Positions 55,184-64,000 of a DNA stretch of 64,000 bases are shown one piece after another (position 1 is the first letter of the stretch; each line of letters begins with the position of its first letter). The notes under the pieces are model-generated. The model saw nothing but the letters and a program-made list of their open reading frames with translations, was not told where the DNA came from and ran no database searches. The DNA is from a virus. The DNA lies in IMG/VR virus record IMGVR_UViG_3300005573_000060, positions 65,698 to 129,697 of that record, one strand, 5' to 3'. A program made the translations under genes and the position numbers.

Positions 55184-57973
55184 ATGGATACGCCTGTAAA
55201 GCTATTAACTGACATACTAGCAGTTCTTGATCAAATAAGTAACAAACTTGATTCTCAAAGTGAAGCGGGAAAAAGAAAAACGACGCCAACAACCATTAAT
55301 TTAGGATCAACTGGAATTATAAATTCTTTACTTGGAAAAAAGGGCGCTGCTGCTCAAATGGCGGAAGATGTTGAAAAACTTAAAAAGGCCATGAGCGGCA
55401 ATTTTATTAAAAATCTAAATAATAGTGTAGATAAGTTAGCAGAGTATAACAAGCTTTCTGAAAAACATTCAAAACTGAAAACTGCTTCAGGGTGGGCTCA
55501 TGCAGCAATGGATATGGGAAAAGCTCTTATGTATATAGCTGGAGGTGTATTATCATTCACTCTTTCAATAAAAATTGCGTCCAGCCAATTAAATACAAAT
55601 GCTGCAGGAGTATTTGGATTCATTTTGGCTTCTATGGCAGTACTCGGCTTATCAATGATAATAATAACAGCAGAGGATACTATTGGTGAAAAGATATCAG
55701 GAGAAATAATGGGTGGAAATCTAAGTCTAAAAAATATATTTAAGGAAAAAATAAAGAGCAATAAAAATAGAAATAAATCTGCAATACAAAACGCAAAAGA
55801 TATGGGAATTGCTCTCATGCTTATTGCGGGTGGAATTCTTTCATTTGCTATATCATTATCTCTTTCTGCTGTAACACTTGGAGTAGGTATTCTAGCAGTT
55901 CCTCTAGTAGTATTGGGAGTTATTTCAATATTAGGATTATCGATGATAGTATTATCTGCGCTTAGTTCTGTTGGCGACCGTGTAGCAAAAGGGCTTGCGC
56001 CTACTGGAAAGAAGACTGCTGCAAGCACTAAAAATGCAATACAAAACGCAAAAGATATGGGAATTGCTCTCATGTTTATTGCTGGGGGAATTCTTTCATT
56101 TGCTATAACATTAAAAGTTGTTCCAATATTATTAAAAGAGCAAAATTTAGTAAATTCTCTATTAGTGATAGGAGCTGTTATATTGGGATTAGTTTCTTTA
56201 ATATTCATAATGGCTATTGCTAATAAATTTATAAATATTGGAATAAAGACCGCAATAGGTATAGGTGTATCTGTTATGATATTAGCCGGTAGCATACTAG
56301 TTGTAGCTTTAGTATCAAAGGCCTTACTTGAAATGTTTAGAACTTCAAAAGTTGATGAAAAAGGTAAGAAACAAAAATCTGGGCCCTTTTCAGCATTTGG
56401 AGAAGCTATAGCTTCTATTGGAATATTTGGATTATTTACTGCTGGTTTAGCTGTAATGTTATGGGCTTTAGGGCTTCCAGTTGTATCTGGACCAATTTTA
56501 TTAGGATCTATGACATTAATAACTATGGCCATTGGATTAATACTTACAGCAAAAGCTATTAAAAAAGTTAATGACACAATGAAAGAAATGGGTGGAGCTG
56601 AAGGAATGAAGAGAATTGCAGAAAATATTAGATTAATGGTTGGCGGAGTTATAAGTGGTATAATTGCCGGAGTTATGGGAAAAGATGAAGCAACAAAATT
56701 ATCTGATGCAGATATAACACTTAAAGATGTAAAACAATTTAGAAGAGCAACTAAAATTATAAAAATGTTAGGAACTATTTCTTCTTCTTTAACTAAATTT
56801 GCAGAAGGCTTAAAAGCATTTTCAAAAGTAGGAGAAATAGCATCACTAGAATATGAAGAAAAGGATGGCGTATTAAAGCCTAAGTTAAGTGGTGAAAAAA
56901 TTCATGTTTCTGTAATAGCAAAAACTATAACTGATACATTTGGTGTATTCATAAAAAATTTAGTAGAGAGTACTGAAAGTTTAACGAAAAGACAGGCAAA
57001 AGCATTAAAAACTTTAGGTAAAGCTTTAACGGGAGACAGAGGAATAATATCAGCTGTAAGTCAATTTTCAACATTATTAAAAACATTTGCTGAATTTGGA
57101 GCTAAGTCAGAAGTATATGTTCCTGCTGTAGTTGATGAAAATGGAAAAGTGTTAAAAGCCGCAGAAAATGTTCCTATATCTAAAGTTGTTGAAAATATAG
57201 TTACTGGATTTAAAACTTTTATAGAACAAATTTCTGGCAAATCATCTGTATTTAAAGAAGGAGGAGCTCTTTCGGATAAAATAGTGGGGTTAACAGAAGT
57301 TTTAATTGGTACAGAAGGAGGATTTCTTAGAAGAAAAAAACCTGGAATTTTAACTGGTATATCAACGTTTAATGATATGTTGTTAACATATTCCGAATAT
57401 GGAGCAGATGGAACAATTCCGAAAAAAGATAAAGATGGCAATATTATTAAAGGACCTGGAATTAAAATAACAGACATAGTTTCTAGAATAATTTCAGGAT
57501 TAAGTCTTTTTGTTACTTCATTATCTAAAGCTTTAACTTCTCCAGGTATGGATATAGAAAAAACTTCAAAAGATGTTAAGGCTAAGATTTCTTCATTAAC
57601 AGATATTATTGAATCATTTAATAAATTAGCAGAAGCAAATGAAGGAATGGACAAATTAGCGAATTCAACCGGTTTATTGGCGAATAATATAGGTTTATTA
57701 GTAAATAACACTAAAGGATTAGATACAGGCAAATTACAAACATTGGCTGATATAACAGCAAAACATGCTGTTGCAACAAAAGGAGTTGAAATTTCACCGT
57801 CTTCGCAAGCATCTTCAGGAGCATCACAACAATCTTCTACACCCACAGATTGGAATAAAATTGGAGATATTATAGCAGATAAAATAGCTGCAAAGTTAAC
57901 CGGTTTTGGAGCGGGTGAATTTAAATTTACTTTTTATGATAATCATACCGGTGTTCTTGAGATCAAAAAATAG
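55184..57973 (+). CDS. Tape measure protein
   Basis: Helical A/G/I/L-rich, multiple TM segments, repeated AxDMGxALxxIAGGxLSF; 40-bp exact repeat 55780-55819/56035-56074. Confidence 0.8.
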   Translation: MDTPVKLLTDILAVLDQISNKLDSQSEAGKRKTTPTTINLGSTGIINSLLGKKGAAAQMAEDVEKLKKAMSGNFIKNLNNSVDKLAEYNKLSEKHSKLKTASGWAHAAMDMGKALMYIAGGVLSFTLSIKIASSQLNTNAAGVFGFILASMAVLGLSMIIITAEDTIGEKISGEIMGGNLSLKNIFKEKIKSNKNRNKSAIQNAKDMGIALMLIAGGILSFAISLSLSAVTLGVGILAVPLVVLGVISILGLSMIVLSALSSVGDRVAKGLAPTGKKTAASTKNAIQNAKDMGIALMFIAGGILSFAITLKVVPILLKEQNLVNSLLVIGAVILGLVSLIFIMAIANKFINIGIKTAIGIGVSVMILAGSILVVALVSKALLEMFRTSKVDEKGKKQKSGPFSAFGEAIASIGIFGLFTAGLAVMLWALGLPVVSGPILLGSMTLITMAIGLILTAKAIKKVNDTMKEMGGAEGMKRIAENIRLMVGGVISGIIAGVMGKDEATKLSDADITLKDVKQFRRATKIIKMLGTISSSLTKFAEGLKAFSKVGEIASLEYEEKDGVLKPKLSGEKIHVSVIAKTITDTFGVFIKNLVESTESLTKRQAKALKTLGKALTGDRGIISAVSQFSTLLKTFAEFGAKSEVYVPAVVDENGKVLKAAENVPISKVVENIVTGFKTFIEQISGKSSVFKEGGALSDKIVGLTEVLIGTEGGFLRRKKPGILTGISTFNDMLLTYSEYGADGTIPKKDKDGNIIKGPGIKITDIVSRIISGLSLFVTSLSKALTSPGMDIEKTSKDVKAKISSLTDIIESFNKLAEANEGMDKLANSTGLLANNIGLLVNNTKGLDTGKLQTLADITAKHAVATKGVEISPSSQASSGASQQSSTPTDWNKIGDIIADKIAAKLTGFGAGEFKFTFYDNHTGVLEIKK

Positions 57974-58027
57974 AAATTTTAAATCGTAAAAAACTATTAT
58001 CACTATTTTTTATATAAAATAAAAATT

Positions 58028-59092
58028 ATGATACAATATGTCAATTTAGTTAAAACTATTTTAGAAAATGGTGTTGAGAAAGAGCCAGCTAGATCTAATA
58101 TGCCAAGTACTATAGGAGTATCTAATGCTATTATTAAAATGAATTTATGTGAAGGCTTTCCTTTGTTAACTACTAAAAGAATTTATTTTAAAGGAGTTTT
58201 AGCGGAATTATTATGGATATTACGCGGAGACACAAATATAAAATATTTAGTTGATAATAATGTTAATATTTGGAATCAAGATTCATATCGATGGTATTTA
58301 AAAATTTGCAAAAACAATAAAATAGATGTTGTATTTGATACAATTGATAAATTTGTAGATTTTGTAAAAAATAAAGAAAAATACCAAAATGATTCTAAAT
58401 ATTCTAATCATTTAGAAAAATTAAAAATCCTGAAATACGAGATAGGTGATTTGGGTAAAGTTTATGGATACCAATGGAGGAATCAAAACGGTGTCGACCA
58501 AGTACGAGATGTGATCGAGGGGCTTTTAAATAATCCATATAGTCGTTATCATATCATAGACGCTTGGAATAAATCAGATTTTGAAGAAATGGCACTTCCG
58601 CCCTGTCATTTACTTTATCAATTTATAGTTAGACCAATATCACATAAAGAGAGAATAAAAATTTTATACGATAAAGAATTATACGTAAAAAGAGATTTTG
58701 AATATACTGAAGATGAATTAAATAAATATGATATACCGAAGTTTTATTTAGATTTAAATATGTATCAAAGATCAACAGATGTTGCGTGCGGGCTTCCCTT
58801 TAATTTAGCTTCAATGTCTTTACTTTTAATGATTATGTCAAAAACTTGTAATATGATACCCGGAATAGCTACATGGATTGGTGGAGATGTACATATTTAT
58901 ATTCCTCATATAGAAAAACTAAAAGAACAAATAAATAGGCCCCCTCTTAAACTTTCTAAAGTTTATATAAATAAAAAAATAAATAACATGAATGATATAG
59001 AAAAATTGAACATAGATGATTTTATTTTACACGAATATATATCTCACCCATCTATTAAATATGAGTTATTTACGGGGCTATCAAATGCATAA
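58028..59092 (+). CDS. thyA: Thymidylate synthase
   Basis: FPLLTTK, ELLWILRG, LGKVYGYQWR, MALPPCH, YQRSTDV..GLPFN, DVHIY. Confidence 0.97.
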   Translation: MIQYVNLVKTILENGVEKEPARSNMPSTIGVSNAIIKMNLCEGFPLLTTKRIYFKGVLAELLWILRGDTNIKYLVDNNVNIWNQDSYRWYLKICKNNKIDVVFDTIDKFVDFVKNKEKYQNDSKYSNHLEKLKILKYEIGDLGKVYGYQWRNQNGVDQVRDVIEGLLNNPYSRYHIIDAWNKSDFEEMALPPCHLLYQFIVRPISHKERIKILYDKELYVKRDFEYTEDELNKYDIPKFYLDLNMYQRSTDVACGLPFNLASMSLLLMIMSKTCNMIPGIATWIGGDVHIYIPHIEKLKEQINRPPLKLSKVYINKKINNMNDIEKLNIDDFILHEYISHPSIKYELFTGLSNA

Positions 59093-59106
59093 AATCATTA
59101 ATAAAG

Positions 59107-59319
59107 ATGATGAATACTTATATTTTAGTTAAATTTTTTGAGTGGTTATATGAAAACTTGACGACATTATTCATTATAAATATTATAGTAATAATATTTC
59201 TTTTAATATTTTTTATTGTTAGAATAAATAAAGATATTAAAAAGTTACAAAAAGATAAAAGAAAAATTGAAAGAAAACTTTTAAAATTTTTAAGTAATAA
59301 AAAGAATAAAACATATTAA
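59107..59319 (+). CDS. Small membrane protein
   Basis: Single TM plus basic tail. Confidence 0.55.
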   Translation: MMNTYILVKFFEWLYENLTTLFIINIIVIIFLLIFFIVRINKDIKKLQKDKRKIERKLLKFLSNKKNKTY

Positions 59320-59328
59320 TTTTAAATT

Positions 59329-60147
59329 ATGGGTCGTATAAAAAAATTGGCGTTAACCATAAATTCTTTTGATGCATCAGAATTTCTTGAAATGTTGATT
59401 TCAGAAATAAGAAATGAGGTTGATTATGTAATGGCGATATATCAGAAAAAATCATACTGGAATATTCCAATGGATGAAGCTGATATGGAAGAGCTTCAGC
59501 GTTTAAAGAAAATGGGTTTAATAGATGAATTATTTGAATTTGTTCCAGATTTTTCAAAATATGCTCGTGTTCAAGAAACAGATAAAAGAAATTTAGGAAT
59601 ACAAATGATGAGAGAAAGAGGTTTTTCTCATATATTAAATATTGATGCAGATGAATTATATGATGTAGATCAATTTAAAGCGGCAAAAAATGAAATAAAC
59701 AAAAATGGCTGGCCGATTACTTATTGGAGTTATGTTAATTACTATAAAGATTTTGAACATTATTTAGTTTATCCATTTAGACCATTTGTTCCTGGAATTC
59801 ATTCAACTTATTTTACATATACTTACAATGGTCCAGCTCCGGGACCCACGGATCCAACTAGAAGAATCTTTAATCCAATGAATATAGGTACATATATCTT
59901 TCCAAATGAAGTGATTAGAATGGCACACGCTGCATGGATAAGAAAAAATATTCGTAAAAAATTAATTAATTGGAGCGCAAAAGATCATTTTAACGAAGAA
60001 TTAATTGATAAAGCAGTTGCTCAATATGAAAATTGGAAAGAAGGAGACAATGCAATAATGTTATTTAACGTTCCATCTAATGAAGTTTATGTAAAAAAAC
60101 TAAATGTTAAAATTCACAAATTTGAAGTTCCGTGGATTAAAAAATAA
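59329..60147 (+). CDS. GT2-like glycosyltransferase
   Basis: ILNIDADELY DxD motif, ETDKRNLG, MAHAAW.R. Confidence 0.65.
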   Translation: MGRIKKLALTINSFDASEFLEMLISEIRNEVDYVMAIYQKKSYWNIPMDEADMEELQRLKKMGLIDELFEFVPDFSKYARVQETDKRNLGIQMMRERGFSHILNIDADELYDVDQFKAAKNEINKNGWPITYWSYVNYYKDFEHYLVYPFRPFVPGIHSTYFTYTYNGPAPGPTDPTRRIFNPMNIGTYIFPNEVIRMAHAAWIRKNIRKKLINWSAKDHFNEELIDKAVAQYENWKEGDNAIMLFNVPSNEVYVKKLNVKIHKFEVPWIKK

Positions 60148-60150
60148 AGT

Positions 60151-63100
60151 TTATCTTTTTTCTTGAGCTTTCATCAAAAGATCTTTGATATCATCATATC
60201 TTTTTTCTATTGCTATATAAATAGCTGTATCGTTTACTTTAGCTCCTGAATCTATAAGAAGCTTAACGATATCTTTATATCCGTTTTTTATTGCGGTGTT
60301 TAAAATCTCTCCACCTCTAGAATTTACATTTGCGCCATTTTCTATTAAAATTTTTGCAATATCTTTATGGCCATATTGCACAGATTTTAATAGAGCAATA
60401 TCATCATACGCATTAACATTTACTTTATATTTACCACTAAGTAATAATTCTACGATATTTTTATGTCCAATTTGTGATGCTACTATCAATGGAAAATTAT
60501 TGAGAGTATCAGCCGGTGTTCCATGATCTATTAAAAATTTTACCATATCATAATCTCCAAATGATATGGCGTCTCTTAACATTTGTTCACTATCTACACT
60601 TTGCATGTAAGCCTTATTTTTAATTAAAATTTCAGCTATATCAAGATGATGATTTTCTAAAGCATATTTTAGAGATTGATCCTTATTTGCATGAACATTT
60701 GCTCCAGCTTTAAGTAGAAGCTCAACAATATCTTTATAACCCTTTTGTGCTGACCATCTTAAAGCAGCATCATTGAAACCATGGACATTTGCCCCAGCTT
60801 TAAGTAGAAGCTCAACAATATCTTTATGACCATTTTGTGAAGCCCATCTTAAAGCAACATCATCATTAGCATGAACATCTGCGCCAGATTTAAGTAAAAG
60901 CTCAGTAATATCTTTATAACCTTTTTGTGCTGTCCATTTTAAAGCTTCATCATCTTTAGCATGAATATCTGCTCCAGCTTTAAGTAGAAGCTCAACAATA
61001 TCTTTATGACCATTATATGAAGCGCTTATTAAAGCATAATCATCATTGGTATGAATATCTGCTCCAGCTTTAAGAAGAAGCTCAACAATATCTTTATGAC
61101 CATTTTGTGAAGCCCATCTTAAAGCATAATCATCATAAGCATGAACGTTTGCTCCAGCCTTAAGCAAAAATTTAACAAATGAAGTTTTCCCGTGTTCTGC
61201 GCATTTAGCCAAAGCATTATCTAAAGTATATTCTTCGTTTATACTTTCCATAAATTGTTTAATCTGAGCTTCAATTCCGATGCCCAAATCTTTAACTAGA
61301 TCATCGCTTTCTTCAGAAAACTTCTCAAGTAAACTTTCTTTAACAATCTTCTTATTTTTATTCATATATTTCTTAAGAAGCTCAACAACATCTTTATGAC
61401 CATTAATTGAAGCCCGTCTTAAAGCATAATCATCATCAGCATGAACATTTGCTCCAGCTTTAAGTAGAAGCTCAACAACATCTTTATGACCACGAAATGA
61501 AGCCCATTTTAAAGCTTCATCATTATTAGCATGAACATCTGCTCCAGCTTCTATAAGAAGTTCTACAATATCTTTATGACCATTCTTTGAGGCCCATCTT
61601 AAAGCTTCATCATTATTAGCATGAACATCTGCTCCAGCTTTAAGAAGAAGCTCAACGATATCTTTATAACCATTTTGCGAAGTCCATCTTAAAGTATAAT
61701 TATCATGAGCGTGAACATTTGCTCCAGCTTTAAGTAGAAGCTCAACAACATCTTTATGACCATTATTTGAGGCTAACACTAAAGCATAATCATTCTTAGC
61801 ATGAACATCTACTCCAGCTTTAAGTAAAAATTTAACAAATAAAGTTTTCCCGTGTTCTGCGCATTGAATTAAAGCATTATCTAGAGTATATTCTTCACCT
61901 ATACTTTCCATAAATTGTTTAATCTGAACTTCAATTCCGATGCCTAAATCTTTAGTTAGATCATCACTATCTTCAGAGAATTTCTCAAGTAAACTTTCTT
62001 TAACAATCTTACCATTATTATTCATGTATTTCTTAAGAAGCTCGACAACATCTTTATGACCATTTTCTGAAGCCCATCTTAAAGCTTTATCATTATTAAC
62101 ATGAACATTTGCTCCGGCTTTAAGAAGAAGCTCAACAACATCTTTATGACCATTTCCTGAAGCTTGACTTAAAGCTTCATCATCATTAGCATGAACATCC
62201 GCTCCAGCTTTAAGTAGAAGCTCAACAACATCTTTATGACCATTATTTGAGGCCCATAGTAAAGCTTTATCATTATTAGCATGAACATTTGCTCCAGCCT
62301 TAAGTAGAAGCTCAACAATATCTTTATGACCATTAATTGAAGCCCATCCTAAAGCATCATCATCTTTAGCATGAACATTTGCTTCAGCCTTAAGAAGAAG
62401 CTCAACAATATCTTTATGACCATTTTGTGAAGCCAATCTTAAAGCATAGTCATCATCAGCATGAACATTTGCTCCAGCCTTAAGTAGAAGCTCAACAACA
62501 TCTTTATGACCATTATTTGAAGCCCATTTCAATGCATAATCATCATGGGCATGAACATTTACTCCAACTTTAAGTAAAAATTTAACAAATAAAGTTTTCC
62601 CGTGTTTTGCGCATTGAATTAAAGCATTATCTAGTGTATATTCTTGATGTATACTTTCCATAAATTGTTTAATTTGAGCTTCAATTCCGATGCCTAAATC
62701 TTTAGTTAGATCATCATTTTCTTCAGAGAATTTCTCAAGTAAATTTTCTTTAACAACTTTATTATTGTTATTCATATATTTCTTAATAAGCTCAACAATA
62801 TCTTTATGACCACTTTCTGAAGCCCATCTTAAAGCAGAGTCATCCTCAGCATGAACATTTGCTCCAGCTTTAAGAAGAAGCTCAACAACATCTTTATGAC
62901 CATAAAATGAAGCCTCTATTAAAGCTTCATCATCATTAGCATGAACATCTGCTCCAGCTTTAAGAAGAAGCTCAACAATATCTTTATGACCGTTTTTTGA
63001 AGCCCATCTTAAAGCATAGTCATCATCAGCATGAACATTTGCTCCAGCTTTAAGAAGAAGCTCAACAACATCTTTATGACCATTATTTGAAGCCCATCTT

Positions 63101-64000
63101 AAAGCATAGTCATCATCAGCATGAACATTTGTTCCAGCTTTAAGAAGAAGCTCAACAATATCTTTATAACCATGAAATGAAGCCCATCTTAAAGCATAAT
63201 CATCATTAGCATGAACATTTGCTCCGGCTTTAATAAGAAGTTCTACAATATCTTTATAATCATTATCTGAAGCCTCTTTTAAAGCATAATCATTCTTAGT
63301 ATGAACATCTGCTCCAGCTTTAAGTAAATACTTAACAAATAACGTTTTTCCATGTTCTGCGCATTTAGCTAGAGCATTATCTAAAGTATATTTTTCACCT
63401 ATACTTTCCATAAATTGTTTAATCTGTGCTTCAATTCCAATGCCTAAATCTTTAGTTAGATCATCACTTTCTTCAGAGAATTTCTCAAATAAACTTTCTT
63501 TAACAACTTTACTATTGTTATTCATGTATTTCTTAAGAAGCTCAACAACATCTTTATGACCATTAGTTGAAGCCCATCTTAAAGCAGAATCACTTAAAGC
63601 ATGAACATTTGCTCCAGCTTTAAGTAGAAGCTCAACAAGATCTTTATAACCATTTCGTGAAGCCCGTATTAAAGCTTCATCATCATTAGCATGAACATTT
63701 GCTCCAGCTTTAAGTAAAAGTTCAACAATATCTTTATATCCATCAAATGAAGCCAATCTTAAAGCATGATCATCATAAGCATGAACATTTGCTCCAGCTT
63801 TAAGAAGAAGCTCAACAACATCTTTATGTCCATTAAGTGAAGCCAATCCTAAAGCATAATCATTTTGCGCATGAACATCTGCTCCAGCTTTAAGTAAATA
63901 CTTAACAAATAAAATTTTTCCATATTTTGCACATTCAGCTAAAGCATCATCTAAAGTATATTCTTCACCTATACTTTTCATAAATTCTTTAATCTGAGCT
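60151..64000 (-). CDS. Modular ankyrin-repeat protein (5' end beyond window)
   Basis: Many ALRWAS.NGHKD.VELLLKAGA.VH repeats. The frame is open past track start 63981 to the window edge (AQIKEFMKS). Four internal linker repeats. Confidence 0.95.
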   Translation of the reverse strand, partial: AQIKEFMKSIGEEYTLDDALAECAKYGKILFVKYLLKAGADVHAQNDYALGLASLNGHKDVVELLLKAGANVHAYDDHALRLASFDGYKDIVELLLKAGANVHANDDEALIRASRNGYKDLVELLLKAGANVHALSDSALRWASTNGHKDVVELLKKYMNNNSKVVKESLFEKFSEESDDLTKDLGIGIEAQIKQFMESIGEKYTLDNALAKCAEHGKTLFVKYLLKAGADVHTKNDYALKEASDNDYKDIVELLIKAGANVHANDDYALRWASFHGYKDIVELLLKAGTNVHADDDYALRWASNNGHKDVVELLLKAGANVHADDDYALRWASKNGHKDIVELLLKAGADVHANDDEALIEASFYGHKDVVELLLKAGANVHAEDDSALRWASESGHKDIVELIKKYMNNNNKVVKENLLEKFSEENDDLTKDLGIGIEAQIKQFMESIHQEYTLDNALIQCAKHGKTLFVKFLLKVGVNVHAHDDYALKWASNNGHKDVVELLLKAGANVHADDDYALRLASQNGHKDIVELLLKAEANVHAKDDDALGWASINGHKDIVELLLKAGANVHANNDKALLWASNNGHKDVVELLLKAGADVHANDDEALSQASGNGHKDVVELLLKAGANVHVNNDKALRWASENGHKDVVELLKKYMNNNGKIVKESLLEKFSEDSDDLTKDLGIGIEVQIKQFMESIGEEYTLDNALIQCAEHGKTLFVKFLLKAGVDVHAKNDYALVLASNNGHKDVVELLLKAGANVHAHDNYTLRWTSQNGYKDIVELLLKAGADVHANNDEALRWASKNGHKDIVELLIEAGADVHANNDEALKWASFRGHKDVVELLLKAGANVHADDDYALRRASINGHKDVVELLKKYMNKNKKIVKESLLEKFSEESDDLVKDLGIGIEAQIKQFMESINEEYTLDNALAKCAEHGKTSFVKFLLKAGANVHAYDDYALRWASQNGHKDIVELLLKAGADIHTNDDYALISASYNGHKDIVELLLKAGADIHAKDDEALKWTAQKGYKDITELLLKSGADVHANDDVALRWASQNGHKDIVELLLKAGANVHGFNDAALRWSAQKGYKDIVELLLKAGANVHANKDQSLKYALENHHLDIAEILIKNKAYMQSVDSEQMLRDAISFGDYDMVKFLIDHGTPADTLNNFPLIVASQIGHKNIVELLLSGKYKVNVNAYDDIALLKSVQYGHKDIAKILIENGANVNSRGGEILNTAIKNGYKDIVKLLIDSGAKVNDTAIYIAIEKRYDDIKDLLMKAQEKR

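Noticed and set aside
55498-57846. Long minus-strand ORFs (359 aa, 261 aa)
   Set aside because: Antisense shadows of the tape measure gene with no recognisable motifs
45229-59092. Group I intron or intein in terminase, sheath or thyA
   Set aside because: ORFs are continuous with expected motif spacing; the thyA insertions are short and lack intein or LAGLIDADG motifs
1-64000. TAG recoding (code 15) as in Lak/crAss-like phages
   Set aside because: Long conserved genes are intact under code 11 and several end in TAG before non-coding DNA; the one suggestive in-frame TAG is in a pseudogene remnant

Overview
This is a very AT-rich (about 25-30% GC by eye) fragment of a large T4-like contractile-tailed phage, read in genetic code 11. 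The host is probably a Bacteroidota member: there are TAnnTTTG-type promoter boxes, an RprY/OmpR-like regulator and an SprB-type repeat. The left arm (1-17.2 kb, almost all minus strand) carries nucleotide-metabolism, replication and accessory genes. It includes an RNA-centred cluster: Ro60/TROVE, five tRNAs, a cold-shock protein and three candidate structured ncRNAs. A strand switch at about 17.3 kb has a GC-rich palindromic patch. The right arm (plus strand) has an RNA ligase, about 19 kb of fibre/adhesin genes (collagen-like G-x-Q and Gly-rich), glycan-modifying enzymes, neck, terminase, sheath and tube. These are followed by a mobile-element patch (disrupted homing endonuclease with an internal inversion, TnpB-like nuclease), tail chaperones with a probable programmed frameshift, tape measure, ThyA, a glycosyltransferase and a modular ankyrin protein running off the window edge. 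The strongest unexplained signals are: (1) two homologous, covarying bulged-stem RNAs, one directly upstream of Ro60 and one heading the tRNA operon (candidate new Y-RNA-like family); (2) a near-invariant 17-bp TGTTAA-N5-TGTTAA box upstream of several promoters, paired with a phage-encoded pseudo-receiver OmpR-type regulator; (3) a pervasive D-x-S motif in exterior virion proteins next to glycosyltransferase genes. All functional calls come from motif recognition by eye; no database searches were run.
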